Origin: Clostridia bacterium
Lineage (GTDB): Bacteria; Bacillota; Clostridia; UBA1212; DUPL01
Length of the DNA stretch: 64,000 bases
Direction of reading: 5' to 3'
Assembly: GCA_050951325.1 (NCBI GenBank)
Contig: JBMNIW010000005.1
Coordinates: forward strand, 128,001-192,000
The position numbers and the translations under genes are program-made. Shown here piece by piece: positions 31,085 through 41,781 of the stretch; the stretch's first letter is position 1, and every line of letters starts with the position of its first letter. The notes under the pieces were generated by a model. The model had not been told where the DNA came from and made no database searches. It saw nothing but the letters and a program-made list of their open reading frames with translations.

Positions 31085-31879
31085 ATGTTGGGTGCAATTA
31101 TTGGGGATATAGCTGGTTCAAGATTTGGGAATAAACGTATGAAAAGTAAAGAGTTTGAGTTGTTTTCTTCACACTGCCATTTTACAGATGATACAGTAAT
31201 GACCTTGGCTGTTGCCAAAGCATTAATTGAATGTAATGGTAATTATGAAGAACTTGACAAAATCACAGAGTATTGGATGAGAAGACTGGGAAGACAGTAT
31301 CCACGTGCCGGATATGGTTATAGATTCTTTACATGGATTCTTTCTGGGGAACACAATCCTTATGGAAGCTTTGGTAATGGTAGTGCAATGAGGGTTAGCA
31401 GCGTCGGTTATGTAACAAAGACAATTGAAGAAGTCAAGGACCTGTCATACAAGGTAACGTATATAACCCACAATCATCCTGAAGGATTGAAAGGAGCAGA
31501 GGCTGTAGCGGTATGCGTGTTTCTTGCCAAAAGTGGTTCATCGATAGAAGAGATTCGGAATTATGTAAATGAAAACTATTACACACTAGACTTTTCTCTG
31601 GATGATATAAGGGACGAATATGAGTTTGATGTTACTTGTCAGGGTTCAGTTCCTCAGGCAATAACCGCATTTTTAGAGTCAGAAGGTTTTGAGGATGCAA
31701 TCAGGAAAGCAATTGCTTTAGGAGGCGATAGTGATACTCTTGCAGCAATTTCAGGAAGCATTGCTGAAGCTTACTATGGTATTCCAAAGGAATTGGCAGA
31801 CAAAGCTGTGACATATATGGATGATTATTTACACGGTATCCTGATTGAATTTAATGATAAGTTTGGTTTTGTTGAATAA
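31085..31879 (+). CDS. ADP-ribosylglycohydrolase family protein
   Basis: GAIIGDIAGS, FTDDT, GNGSAMR, THNH, GGDSDT. Confidence 0.94.
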   Translation: MLGAIIGDIAGSRFGNKRMKSKEFELFSSHCHFTDDTVMTLAVAKALIECNGNYEELDKITEYWMRRLGRQYPRAGYGYRFFTWILSGEHNPYGSFGNGSAMRVSSVGYVTKTIEEVKDLSYKVTYITHNHPEGLKGAEAVAVCVFLAKSGSSIEEIRNYVNENYYTLDFSLDDIRDEYEFDVTCQGSVPQAITAFLESEGFEDAIRKAIALGGDSDTLAAISGSIAEAYYGIPKELADKAVTYMDDYLHGILIEFNDKFGFVE

Positions 31880-32047
31880 TAACATACACTAGTGGGCATG
31901 ATTCTATTGTACAGTGTTGTTAGTGTATTGGTGTCATTATATAATTTCTTTCAAACTTGGAGATTTGAAATTGAAATCTCCTGGTTTTTGTTTTAATGTA
32001 TTGATTTTCATTTTTTGTTATGGTAGAATTTTATTAACTAGGGATAA

Positions 32048-32123
32048 TCCTCAATAGCTCAGTTGGTAGAGCATGCGGCTGTTAACCGCAGGGTCGTTGG
32101 TTCGAGTCCAACTTGAGGAGCCA
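32048..32123 (+). tRNA. tRNA-Asn(GTT), copy 2
   Basis: Identical to copy 1 except one T-loop base; own promoter (TTGATT-17 nt-TAGAAT) and terminator. Confidence 0.97.
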
Positions 32124-32245
32124 GATTCGAGGCTGCATTGATTAATGTATGCCTCTTTTTTCTTTGAGATATCCAATTTTGTCAGGTTGTATCTTTTTTA
32201 AAAAAGCTATATAATATCCATGGAAAAAATAAATTTGGTGATCTG

Positions 32246-33319
32246 ATGATTAATGAAAGATTAATGCAATTGAATTTGCCCAAGCTGTTTAAGTTTGATG
32301 ATGGCAGTACTGTTGAAAATGTGAATGACTGGGAGAGAAGAAGAGATGAGATAATAGATGTAATTCTGAAAGAAGAGTATGGAACGATCCCTCCTCGGCC
32401 TGATAATGTATTTGTAAAGGACATGAGGAGAGTACATAATGATTTTGCTGGAAAAGGAGAGCATTTGATTTACGATTTATGTTTTATGACAGAAAGAGGC
32501 GAGTTTTCTTTTCCTGTAAATGTTGTAAAGCCAAAAGGCAATAAAAAGAATCCAGCCGTTGTACATATTGCATTTAGGCCTGACATACCTGATAAATACT
32601 ATCCAGCAGAGGAAGTGTTGGATTTGGGTTTAACAGTGTTTACTTTCTGCTATCAGGATGTTACAACTGATGATGACTTTGAAAGTGGACTTGCAGCTAT
32701 GTATGACAGAAACAAATGGACATGGGGTAAAATTGGAATGTGGGCTTTTGCCGCAATGAGGGTTTGTGATTTGTTGTGTACATTTGATTATGTGGACAGT
32801 AACAATATTGCCGTTATGGGACATTCAAGACTAGGCAAAACCGCTTTGCTTGCAGGAGCTCTGGACGAGCGTTTCAAATATGTCATTTCAAATAATTCAG
32901 GCTGTTCCGGTGCAGCCATATCCAGAGGCAAAGAGGGAGAGAGAATAAAGGATATTTGCAACCGGTTTGGCTATTGGTTCTGTGAAAACTACAAAAAATA
33001 CATGGACAATGAAGAAAAAATGCCTTTTGATCAACATTTTCTATTGTCCTTGATTTGTCCAAGATATTTGTATGTTTCCAGTGCAATAGAGGATAAATGG
33101 GCGGATCCCTTTAATGAATTCATTACTCTTAAAGAGGTTGACAAAGTATATTGTTTGCATGGGATAGATGGTTTTGCAAGTGAAGACAGTTTTCCCAGAC
33201 CTGGTGATGTATTTTCTGAAGGCAGAGTGGGTTATCATTTAAGAGAGGGAACCCATTATGTCAGTAGATATGATTGGTTAAGGTTTGCAGAATTTATAAA
33301 AAAAGGTGATAGAATATGA
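32246..33319 (+). CDS. Glucuronoyl esterase-like (CE15) alpha/beta hydrolase
   Basis: GHSRLGK nucleophile motif, SGCSGAA..R...GE, PFDQH, D.WADP. Confidence 0.88.
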   Translation: MINERLMQLNLPKLFKFDDGSTVENVNDWERRRDEIIDVILKEEYGTIPPRPDNVFVKDMRRVHNDFAGKGEHLIYDLCFMTERGEFSFPVNVVKPKGNKKNPAVVHIAFRPDIPDKYYPAEEVLDLGLTVFTFCYQDVTTDDDFESGLAAMYDRNKWTWGKIGMWAFAAMRVCDLLCTFDYVDSNNIAVMGHSRLGKTALLAGALDERFKYVISNNSGCSGAAISRGKEGERIKDICNRFGYWFCENYKKYMDNEEKMPFDQHFLLSLICPRYLYVSSAIEDKWADPFNEFITLKEVDKVYCLHGIDGFASEDSFPRPGDVFSEGRVGYHLREGTHYVSRYDWLRFAEFIKKGDRI

Positions 33320-35904
33320 GAAAACGAGCATTGGTACTGGTTTTCCTGTTGGCTTATCTGTTTGCAATAACTTTTGGAGATACATATGCAAATCAGGAAA
33401 ATGAAAAGCAAAGATGGTATGAGATTAAAGAGATTGATTATGAATTTGACTTCGAGGAAAAGAAACTAAGCTTTTATCTTACTCATGAAGCTCTGATTAT
33501 TGAAGATAGAGCAAATATGGAGATAAAAGACGGAAGGTTGTATGCCAAAGGCGGAAAAAGCTTCAGGTTTGGAAGCAGTGTGTGTTTGGGTGACAGCTAC
33601 GGTCTTGAAGACGGTTTTCTTGAGTTTGACATGCTGCAAAAAGACAACAAAGGAGAACTTGTGCTTGGCATAAGGCTGCAGAGAGTTTCTGCAACTGAAG
33701 ACAAACCCGGTATATGGCTTTCATTCAAAGCAGGAAAGCTTGTTATTGATGAGAACGAAAGCGGTATAACTGCAAGCATTGATATTCCTGTTGAGACAAA
33801 CAAAGTTCATAAATACAAGATAAATGACAACAGAAATGAAATTGAAATACTTATTGACGACAATGTTGTAGCAAAGATTCTTTATGATGCAAAAGGCTAT
33901 CTTGCATTTACAGACAAGTCAGACAATGTAATTGACTCAACGGAGGAATCCAAGATTTATCCTACCGGCTACTTTAACATAATACCAAGGGATTTTTACG
34001 GATATTTGGACAATCTAAAGTTCAGACATGTGGAAGTGGATGAAACTTTGCCTGAAGGCCCAATGAGGGATGTGGACTATTCATACTGGGTGGCATCCGA
34101 TGATCTTGGCAGGACAACTCCTGCATATGATAAAGTTGGAGAAATAAAAGAGGACAAATATGTGGGAATCTTTTATTTCATCTGTGTTACAGGTGCGGGC
34201 CTTAAAGTGCAGGATAATACCAAAATTTATTTGGAGAGAGGAATCGATGGACTTAAACAGTACCTGGAAACTCAAGGTGGAGAAGGATACTGGGCAGAAC
34301 CATATTTCGGCTATTACAGAAACACGGATGCATGGGTGTATAGAAAACATGCATACATGCTGTCTGCTGCAGGAATTGACTTTATCTTCATTGACATCTC
34401 CAACGAGCCCACTTTTAATGAAGCTCATACACTGTTGTTTGATACCTGGCTTCAGATGAGGAAGGAAGGATTCAAGACTCCACAAATCATGTTTTTGACT
34501 GGAGATGCGGAAGGAAGACTTGGTTCCCATCTGAGACAGCTTCGCAGAACTGTCTACAGTGACGAGAATTGGGATAAATATGAAGAGCTTTTCTTCAAAT
34601 GGGAAGGCAAGCCTCTCATTTTTGGAAATCCAAATGGTTTGACTGAAGACATGCAGAAGTTGATCAATGAAAAGTTTACGCTGAGAGGCAGCTGGGCATG
34701 GAAGGATGTGGATGGATACTGGAACTGGATTATGGAGTATCCACAGGCAAAAGGAAGAAGCTTTGAAGGAGTATTTGAGCAGATGGCAGTTACAATGGGT
34801 CATCATCCTTCAGCCAGCAAGGGAAGAAGCTTTGTAAGCGGCAAACAGCCAAACAACGGCAAGGAGGACTTTGAGTTTTCATCAGATACCGCACGGTATG
34901 GTTTGTCCTTTAAGCAACAGTTTGAGTATGCATTGGAAATGGATCCCCAGGTAATCATGATAACCGGGTGGAATGAATGGATTGCGGGCAAGCCAACAGG
35001 AGATGAATTAAACTATTTTGCAAACACTCCTGTTAATGGCTATACATATGTGGATCAGTTCAATCCAGAGTTCTCAAGGGACGGAGAACCTATGAAGATA
35101 CGTGATGGTGTTGGCTTTGGAGACAACTTCTACTATCAAATGGTAGGATATATAAGGAAGTTCAAGGGACTGAACGAAATAGAAAAAGCTAAAAATCAGA
35201 AAACAATAAATATTAATGGGGGCATGTCCCAGTGGGATGATATTGGTCCTGAGTTCAGGGATACAATAGGGGATACGAAGTTCAGAAACGAGCCTTCGTA
35301 CGATCTTGATTTCAGGTATATTAACAATACTGGAAGAAACGACTTTGATTACGCTAAAGTATCCCAGGACAATGAAAACATATACTTCATGGTAAAGACA
35401 GTGAACGACATTGTTCATGCTGACGGTCCTAACTGGATGAACCTGTTTATTGACCTTGATCAAAGCCATAAAAGTGGCTGGGAAGGTTATGATTACATAA
35501 TCAACAGGACCGGAAATAACGGCAAATGCACAATTGAAAGATTCAAAAACAATAGCTGGGATTTTGAAAAGGTTGGGGAAGCAAGATATACTGTAAATGG
35601 CCAATATATGATGGTAAGTGTTCCAAAGAAAGCATTGGGTATAAGCGACAAGGCCGTTTCCTTTGATTTCAAATGGGCTGACAACTCCACAACATCTGGA
35701 GATGTAATGCAATTTATGGATCTTGGAGATGCTGCTCCAAATGATCGCTTCAAGTTTAGATATATTGCTTCAACCTCCATCTTTGACAACCTAATAAACA
35801 CCATTTTAATTATTGGTGGTGCAGTGGTATTACTGGTTGTTGTTAGTGTTATAGTTTTTGTCTTGCTTAGAAGAAGAAAGAAAAGAAGCATGCAGTTTAT
35901 GTAA
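33316..35904 (+). CDS. Secreted, C-terminally anchored GH99/GH71-like glycoside hydrolase with N-terminal beta-sandwich domain
   Basis: Signal peptide; DDLGR, VGIFY, YWAEPYFGYY, RKHA, ITGWNEWIA, DQFN.EFSRD.EP; C-terminal TM helix plus basic tail. Confidence 0.75.
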   Translation: MRKRALVLVFLLAYLFAITFGDTYANQENEKQRWYEIKEIDYEFDFEEKKLSFYLTHEALIIEDRANMEIKDGRLYAKGGKSFRFGSSVCLGDSYGLEDGFLEFDMLQKDNKGELVLGIRLQRVSATEDKPGIWLSFKAGKLVIDENESGITASIDIPVETNKVHKYKINDNRNEIEILIDDNVVAKILYDAKGYLAFTDKSDNVIDSTEESKIYPTGYFNIIPRDFYGYLDNLKFRHVEVDETLPEGPMRDVDYSYWVASDDLGRTTPAYDKVGEIKEDKYVGIFYFICVTGAGLKVQDNTKIYLERGIDGLKQYLETQGGEGYWAEPYFGYYRNTDAWVYRKHAYMLSAAGIDFIFIDISNEPTFNEAHTLLFDTWLQMRKEGFKTPQIMFLTGDAEGRLGSHLRQLRRTVYSDENWDKYEELFFKWEGKPLIFGNPNGLTEDMQKLINEKFTLRGSWAWKDVDGYWNWIMEYPQAKGRSFEGVFEQMAVTMGHHPSASKGRSFVSGKQPNNGKEDFEFSSDTARYGLSFKQQFEYALEMDPQVIMITGWNEWIAGKPTGDELNYFANTPVNGYTYVDQFNPEFSRDGEPMKIRDGVGFGDNFYYQMVGYIRKFKGLNEIEKAKNQKTININGGMSQWDDIGPEFRDTIGDTKFRNEPSYDLDFRYINNTGRNDFDYAKVSQDNENIYFMVKTVNDIVHADGPNWMNLFIDLDQSHKSGWEGYDYIINRTGNNGKCTIERFKNNSWDFEKVGEARYTVNGQYMMVSVPKKALGISDKAVSFDFKWADNSTTSGDVMQFMDLGDAAPNDRFKFRYIASTSIFDNLINTILIIGGAVVLLVVVSVIVFVLLRRRKKRSMQFM

Positions 35905-35911
35905 AGGGGCT

Positions 35912-35952
35912 GTCGCATTAGTCGGTTTTCAGACTGATGCGACGCTTTTTTT
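35912..35952 (+). terminator. Intrinsic terminator
   Basis: gtcgcattagtc / gactgatgcgac plus T-run. Confidence 0.8.
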
Positions 35953-36096
35953 GTTATTAGCTGTAAGTATATTCTGAATTGCAGGTGGTCAAAGAAGTGT
36001 TAGAAAGGTTTTGCTCCTTATAGTACTTGCCAAAACCTTTATTTAAATCAATGGCGTTTGCCTTCTAGATGATGGAATGATGGGGTATTATTGCTT

Positions 36097-36534
36097 TTAA
36101 CAATTCCATTTAAATATTACGATACCGATTATTGCGAGTATCAGCCCAATTATTTTCCTGATAGAGAAGGATACTTTTTCTGTTCCGAACATTCCAAACA
36201 ATTCTATTAAATACGCTGTTAAAAGTTGTGATATCACAATTATCATAACAGCCTTTGCAGGTCCAAGCTTGTCTACTGCCTTTATGACAGTATAAGTTAT
36301 GAATGCACCTATAATTCCGCCAAGAAGAATGTATCTTGGCTGCACATGGAAAAGCTTTTTAAAGCTGTTATTTCTATCTGAGATGAACCAGACACATAGG
36401 CTGGTTATAAGCGCTGAAAGCTGTACAAAGCTTACTGAAACCCATATGCTGGTTTCATTTGTAAGTTCAGTATTGAAAACTCCTTGTATACTCATTAATG
36501 CGCCTGACAAAATGGCAATAAGAATACAAATCAT
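36097..36534 (-). CDS. DMT family (YdcZ-like) small transporter
   Basis: GALMSIQG.FN, LGG..GA, LG.AKA, SQL...LIE.FG.FG. Confidence 0.88.
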   Translation of the reverse strand: MICILIAILSGALMSIQGVFNTELTNETSIWVSVSFVQLSALITSLCVWFISDRNNSFKKLFHVQPRYILLGGIIGAFITYTVIKAVDKLGPAKAVMIIVISQLLTAYLIELFGMFGTEKVSFSIRKIIGLILAIIGIVIFKWNC

Positions 36535-36696
36535 AGCGTCACCCAATTTTATTGATATACTCTATTTTGCTGCATACATCAGATAGATATGCAGCTAATA
36601 TTTTCATAATTATCAACTAAACTTGATAATTATTCTACAAAGTGATAAAATACCTAAATGTAGGGAATTTTATTAATTAAAAAGGAGAGAGGATAA

Positions 36697-37632
36697 ATGC
36701 CATTAGTAACAACGAAAGAAATGTTTGAAAATGCCTATAAAGGCGGATACGCAATAGGTGCTTTCAACGTAAACAACATGGAGATTATACAAGGAATTAC
36801 CGAGGCTGCAAAGGAAGTTAATGCTCCCTTAATCCTTCAGGTATCTGCTGGTGCAAGAAAGTATGCAAACCACACATATCTTATGAAATTGGTAGAAGCA
36901 GCTGTAATAGAGACTGGCTTGCCAATCGCTTTGCACCTTGACCATGGTGACAGCTTTGAATTGTGCAAATCCTGTATAGATGGCGGCTTTACATCTGTTA
37001 TGATAGACGGTTCACATCTGCCCTTTGAGGAAAACATAGCTCTTACAAAGAAAGTTGTAGAGTATGCCCATGAAAGGGGAGTTGTTGTAGAAGGCGAACT
37101 GGGAAGACTGGCTGGTATAGAAGACGCTGTTAATGTAAGTGAAGAGGATGCAATGTACACAAATCCTGATGAAGTTCAGGAGTTTGTTGAGAAAACAGGT
37201 GTTGACTCCCTCGCAATTGCAATTGGAACAAGCCATGGCGCATACAAATTCAAACCTGGTCAGAAGCCACAGCTAAGATTTGACATTCTTGAAGAAATTC
37301 AAAACAGACTGCCCGGTTTCCCAATCGTTCTGCATGGCGCATCTTCTGTTGTACCTGAGTTTGTAGAAATGATTAACAAGTATGGTGGAAACATGCCTGA
37401 TGCTATCGGTATTCCAGAAGATATGCTTCGCAAGGCGGCTTCCATGGCAGTTTGCAAGATTAACATTGACTCTGACTTGAGACTTGCCATGACAGCATCC
37501 ATTAGAAAGTATATGACTGAGAATCCATCACACTTCGACCCAAGACAGTATTTGAAACCAGCAAGAGCTGCAATAAAGGAACTTGTAAAGCATAAGATAG
37601 TAAACGTATTGGGTTGCGACGGAAAAGCTTAA
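36697..37632 (+). CDS. fba: Class II fructose-bisphosphate aldolase
   Basis: GAFNVNN, LHLDHG, FTSVMIDGS, EGELG, AIGTSHG, VLHGAS, KINID. Confidence 0.97.
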   Translation: MPLVTTKEMFENAYKGGYAIGAFNVNNMEIIQGITEAAKEVNAPLILQVSAGARKYANHTYLMKLVEAAVIETGLPIALHLDHGDSFELCKSCIDGGFTSVMIDGSHLPFEENIALTKKVVEYAHERGVVVEGELGRLAGIEDAVNVSEEDAMYTNPDEVQEFVEKTGVDSLAIAIGTSHGAYKFKPGQKPQLRFDILEEIQNRLPGFPIVLHGASSVVPEFVEMINKYGGNMPDAIGIPEDMLRKAASMAVCKINIDSDLRLAMTASIRKYMTENPSHFDPRQYLKPARAAIKELVKHKIVNVLGCDGKA

Positions 37633-37659
37633 GTATAGTTTATGAAGGAGAGAAGTTAA

Positions 37660-38892
37660 ATGAGTGTATTGAAAGGCGCTGCAATATTCGGTCAATCAGG
37701 CGGACCAACATCAGTTATTAATGCAAGTGCTGCAGGTGTATTTTTGACTGCACTTCAGCAAGATTGCATTACTAAGGTTTATGGAGCCGCCCACGGTATA
37801 AAAGGCATTTTGGAGGAACAATTTTATGATATGGGAATGGAAGACAAGTATGAGTTGGAACTCTTGAAGACAACTCCATCTTCCGCTCTTGGCTCAGTAA
37901 GATACAAACTGGCTGATCCAGATGTTGATGATACGGATTTCAAGCGACTTCTTGAAGTATTTAAGAAATATAACATTAGGTACTTCTTCTATAACGGTGG
38001 AAATGACTCCATGGATACCTGCAACAAGGTTAGCAAGTTCATGAAGCAGGCAGGATACGAGTGCAGATGCATGGGAGTTCCCAAGACCATAGATAACGAC
38101 CTGTTTGGTACAGACCACAGCCCCGGCTATGGAAGTGCAGCCAAGTATGTTGCTACTTCTACCATGGAAGTATTCCATGATGCTAGAGTCTATGATACAG
38201 GCATGGTTGCAATTCTTGAAGTCATGGGAAGAAATGCAGGTTGGTTGACAGCAGCTACTGCACTTGCAGCATACAAGGGACAAGGACCTGATTTGATCTA
38301 TGTGCCTGAACTTCCATTTGATGATGAAAAATTCCTTTCTGATGTTAAGAGAGTATATGAGAATAATAACAAGGTCATAGTTGCAGTATCAGAAGGATTA
38401 AGATATGCAGATGGAACCTATGTGGCAGACAGCGGTGTTAGAGACAGCTTTGGACATGCGCAATTGGGTGGAGTAGCTTACAAGCTTGCTGACATGGCAA
38501 AGAACGCTCTGGGAACAAAGGTTAGAGCAATTGAATTCAGCCTGCTCCAGAGATGTGCTGCTCACTGGGCTTCAAAAGCAGACGTTGAAGAAGCCTTTAT
38601 GGCAGGGCAAACGGCAGTTCTCAAGGCTGTGGAAGGTTTGACCGACTACTGCATAGGCTTTGAAAGGGAAGCTGGAGAAGAGTACAAATGTGTGCCCAAA
38701 CTCATAAAGCTTTCCGATATAGCCAATACTGAGAGAAAGCTTCCAAGAGAGTGGATAAATGAAGAAGGCAACTTCGTAACTAAAGAGTTTGTAGATTACG
38801 CATTGCCTTTGATTCAGGGTGAATCATCTCCACCAATAGAGAACGGTTTGCCTAGATTTGCAAAACTCAAAAAAGTTCTTGCAACTAAGTAA
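37660..38892 (+). CDS. 6-phosphofructokinase, probably PPi-dependent
   Basis: QSGGPT, GGNDS (Asp typical of PPi use), PKTIDND, EVMGRNAG. Confidence 0.93.
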   Translation: MSVLKGAAIFGQSGGPTSVINASAAGVFLTALQQDCITKVYGAAHGIKGILEEQFYDMGMEDKYELELLKTTPSSALGSVRYKLADPDVDDTDFKRLLEVFKKYNIRYFFYNGGNDSMDTCNKVSKFMKQAGYECRCMGVPKTIDNDLFGTDHSPGYGSAAKYVATSTMEVFHDARVYDTGMVAILEVMGRNAGWLTAATALAAYKGQGPDLIYVPELPFDDEKFLSDVKRVYENNNKVIVAVSEGLRYADGTYVADSGVRDSFGHAQLGGVAYKLADMAKNALGTKVRAIEFSLLQRCAAHWASKADVEEAFMAGQTAVLKAVEGLTDYCIGFEREAGEEYKCVPKLIKLSDIANTERKLPREWINEEGNFVTKEFVDYALPLIQGESSPPIENGLPRFAKLKKVLATK

Positions 38893-38928
38893 AAAAGAAA
38901 GAAAGCAGTGAAAAATCTGCTTTCTTTT

Positions 38929-40176
38929 TTATTTGCTCGAAATTTTAGCAACCAATTTAAGTAGTAAGATAATTGCTTCAAGGATTAAAAGTGCGATTAG
39001 AAGAGTATATAATTCATCGTATTCCCGAATTTTATCCAATAACGATTTGACTGTAGTCTTTTTTAGCTCTATATCTCTGTCAGCTTTCATTGAGAAACGT
39101 ATAATCGAGCCATCTTTCAAATGATAGTTGGCAGTGCCTAAAATTGTACCTGCCGCAATTGGTGGCCTGATTTCATCAGGACCATAACCTTCGATGAATG
39201 TAAAGCTTTTGTTTTGAAGTACATTACCAATATCCTTCGGCATGATACAGTAAACATCGGATGCTGCGACAACATTAAGCTTCTCATCATCTACGACCAT
39301 ATCATAAATTATTTCGCCTTCTTTGACCAACTGGTCTCTTTTATAGTTGTTCAATACATTTTCCAATAATAATTCGGAAGTTTGTACATACTGCTCATCT
39401 GTCGAACCTGCTACTATAATTAATAGTTTCATGGTATCCTTAAATTCTGTAGGCCCGGTTTCCACATAAAATATGGATATGTTTTGAGCAGTCGTAATAT
39501 TGTTGAAATATCCTAGTACTCCGCCAACCTTATAACTTGTGTTGTTTTCAATAACCAGTTTGTTTCCATTTGAGATTACAAGATCATCCCATAGTGCCAA
39601 TTCCTGCATAAATATGCTCTTAAAGTGGGGATTTTTTAGGGAGTGTTTTATAAATATCGCCATATCCAACACGGTTGTATGCTGAAGTTCATTGGGAGAG
39701 CCGTCCACATTTGCAAAGAATGTATTCTTTAATCCAAGCTGTTTTGCTTTTTCATTCATCAGCCCTACAAATTCCTGCTCGCTTGCCGCTATATGCTCAG
39801 CAAGAGCTATTGCTGTATTGTCCGCTCCCCCAAGCATTGTTGCTTTGATAAGGGAGTCTATGGAATATTGTTCTTTCGCTGAAAGACGAAATCGTTCATT
39901 TCTCGATATTGAATCCTTCTTTGGTGTAATATGCGTTGTAACGGATTGATAATCCATTGTTATAAGACAGGTCATGAGCCTGTTTAGAATGGAAGAGTTG
40001 GTTTCCTTTTCTGAATTGAGTTTGTACAATATTTGCTCATGTTCTAGTTCCATGACAATATAATTCTGTGTGCCTTGCACAGGGCTTTGTGCAGTTACAT
40101 AGGGAAAACAAGTATTCAATATTGATAAAATGATAACAATTAATATTATTTTACAACTTGTCTTTAAACTCTTCAT
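38929..40176 (-). CDS. D-alanyl-D-alanine carboxypeptidase-like protein, catalytic motifs lost
   Basis: S11 scaffold (ALAEHIA..EQEFVGLMNEKAKQLGLKNTFFAN, TT..DMA), PBP5-like C-domain, signal peptide and C-terminal TM helix. Confidence 0.82.
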   Translation of the reverse strand: MKSLKTSCKIILIVIILSILNTCFPYVTAQSPVQGTQNYIVMELEHEQILYKLNSEKETNSSILNRLMTCLITMDYQSVTTHITPKKDSISRNERFRLSAKEQYSIDSLIKATMLGGADNTAIALAEHIAASEQEFVGLMNEKAKQLGLKNTFFANVDGSPNELQHTTVLDMAIFIKHSLKNPHFKSIFMQELALWDDLVISNGNKLVIENNTSYKVGGVLGYFNNITTAQNISIFYVETGPTEFKDTMKLLIIVAGSTDEQYVQTSELLLENVLNNYKRDQLVKEGEIIYDMVVDDEKLNVVAASDVYCIMPKDIGNVLQNKSFTFIEGYGPDEIRPPIAAGTILGTANYHLKDGSIIRFSMKADRDIELKKTTVKSLLDKIREYDELYTLLIALLILEAIILLLKLVAKISSK

Positions 40177-40362
40177 AATACCCGCCTATGTATTTTGATA
40201 GGGAATTCATATTGCAATAGTGTTAAATTTCACCATATTCCCATATATTATAACCTGTTATTTTGTGTTCATCAAGTAAAAAGCATGTAAAATCTGTTAA
40301 ACTTGCTTAAATCATGAAAAAACGGGCATAAGTAAACAAATGCCCGTTGTATTCACACTAAT

Positions 40363-41424
40363 TTATACTTCCTGTGTCCAACCCATGTTGTCTGGAAGTC
40401 TTCCAGTCTGGATGCCGGTAATGCTGTCATAAAGCTTTTGTGACATCTCTCCAATATTACCGCCATTGATAATTAGTTTTTCGCCATGGTAGTTGAGTTC
40501 GCCAACGGGGGAGATAACTGCTGCAGTACCTGTGCCGAATATTTCCTCAAGCTTGCCATTTTTGTGAGCATCAATAACTTCATGTATTGCGATCTGTCTT
40601 TCGACTACAGTTACATTCCAGGATTTGAGAAGCTGTATAACGGAATCTCTTGTAACACCTGCAAGTATGCTTCCGTTCAATGCAGGAGTTACAACCTCAC
40701 CGTCGATTTTGAAAAATACATTCATTGTACCGACTTCTTCTACGTATTTCATCTCAATACCATCAAGCCATAAAACCTGAGTATAACCAAGATTTGCAGC
40801 CTTTTCCTGGGCTTTTATGCTTGCAGCATAGTTGCCAAGGGTTTTTGCAAAACCGATACCGCCTCTGACTGCGCGAACGTATTCGTCTTCTACGTATATC
40901 TTGACGGGATCCAAGCCTTCTGGATAATATGGACCTACTGGGGATAAAATGACTATGAACATGTAAGTAGAGGAGGGTTTGACACCTATATATGGATCTG
41001 TTGAGATGATAAAAGGTCTGATGTAGAGTGAGGTGTCTTTTGCATCAGGAATCCAGTCTTTTTCTAGTTTTATGAGTTCCTTGATAGCCTTGAGTGCAAA
41101 CTCTTCGTCAATTGGTGGAATGCACAATCTGTCATTTGATATGTTGGCTCTTTCAAGGTTTTTCTCGGGACGGAAAAGAAGGACTCTGTTATCATCTGTT
41201 TTATACGCTTTCAAACCTTCGAATATACCTTGCCCATAGTGAAAAATCATTGTGGAAGGATCGAGTGAAAGAGGTCCGTATGGAACTATTCTGGGGTTAT
41301 GCCAGCCTTTTCCTTTTTCATAGTCCATTATAAACATGTGGTCTGTAAAATATCTGCCGAAACCCAGCTTGTTTACATCTGGTTTTTCTTTTGGCTGTGT
41401 GGTTTTAGTTATAGATATATTCAT
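40363..41424 (-). CDS. ilvE: Branched-chain amino acid aminotransferase
   Basis: LGFG..FTDHM, HYGQ.IFEGLKAY, LYIRP, K..GNYA, EEVGTMN, GTGTAAV. Confidence 0.97.
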   Translation of the reverse strand: MNISITKTTQPKEKPDVNKLGFGRYFTDHMFIMDYEKGKGWHNPRIVPYGPLSLDPSTMIFHYGQGIFEGLKAYKTDDNRVLLFRPEKNLERANISNDRLCIPPIDEEFALKAIKELIKLEKDWIPDAKDTSLYIRPFIISTDPYIGVKPSSTYMFIVILSPVGPYYPEGLDPVKIYVEDEYVRAVRGGIGFAKTLGNYAASIKAQEKAANLGYTQVLWLDGIEMKYVEEVGTMNVFFKIDGEVVTPALNGSILAGVTRDSVIQLLKSWNVTVVERQIAIHEVIDAHKNGKLEEIFGTGTAAVISPVGELNYHGEKLIINGGNIGEMSQKLYDSITGIQTGRLPDNMGWTQEV

Positions 41425-41600
41425 TGTATAACCTCCGTGAAAATAGTTTATATATATTTATCATTACTAGTTTATCACGTTTAAGTAATAAAGTAAATCT
41501 GTTATTCCAAAAAAAGGGATTAAAATTTACACAAAATTTATTTTAAAATCCTATTGCTTTTTTTATTTGATATGTTATAATATACTTCGTTGAAAAAATT

Positions 41601-41687
41601 GCTGGTGTGATGGAACTGGCAGACGTGCTGGACTCAAAATCCAGTGGTGGCGACACCGTACCGGTTCGACTCCGGTCACCAGCACCA
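41601..41687 (+). tRNA. tRNA-Leu(CAA)
   Basis: gctggtg/caccagc acceptor stem, anticodon CAA, long variable arm, CCA. Confidence 0.97.
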
Positions 41688-41781
41688 TAAAACCGAACTT
41701 TTTCAGTAGGAAAGAGTTCGGTTTTATTTATGTAATTTGTGGTATAATAGTATAAACAGAGCATAATAGAAGGATGATAGG

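Noticed and set aside
34081-35918. Long antisense ORFs (241, 212 and 141 aa) opposite the GH99-like gene, and similar shadow ORFs elsewhere
   Set aside because: Shadow frames of well-supported genes, with no recognisable motifs.
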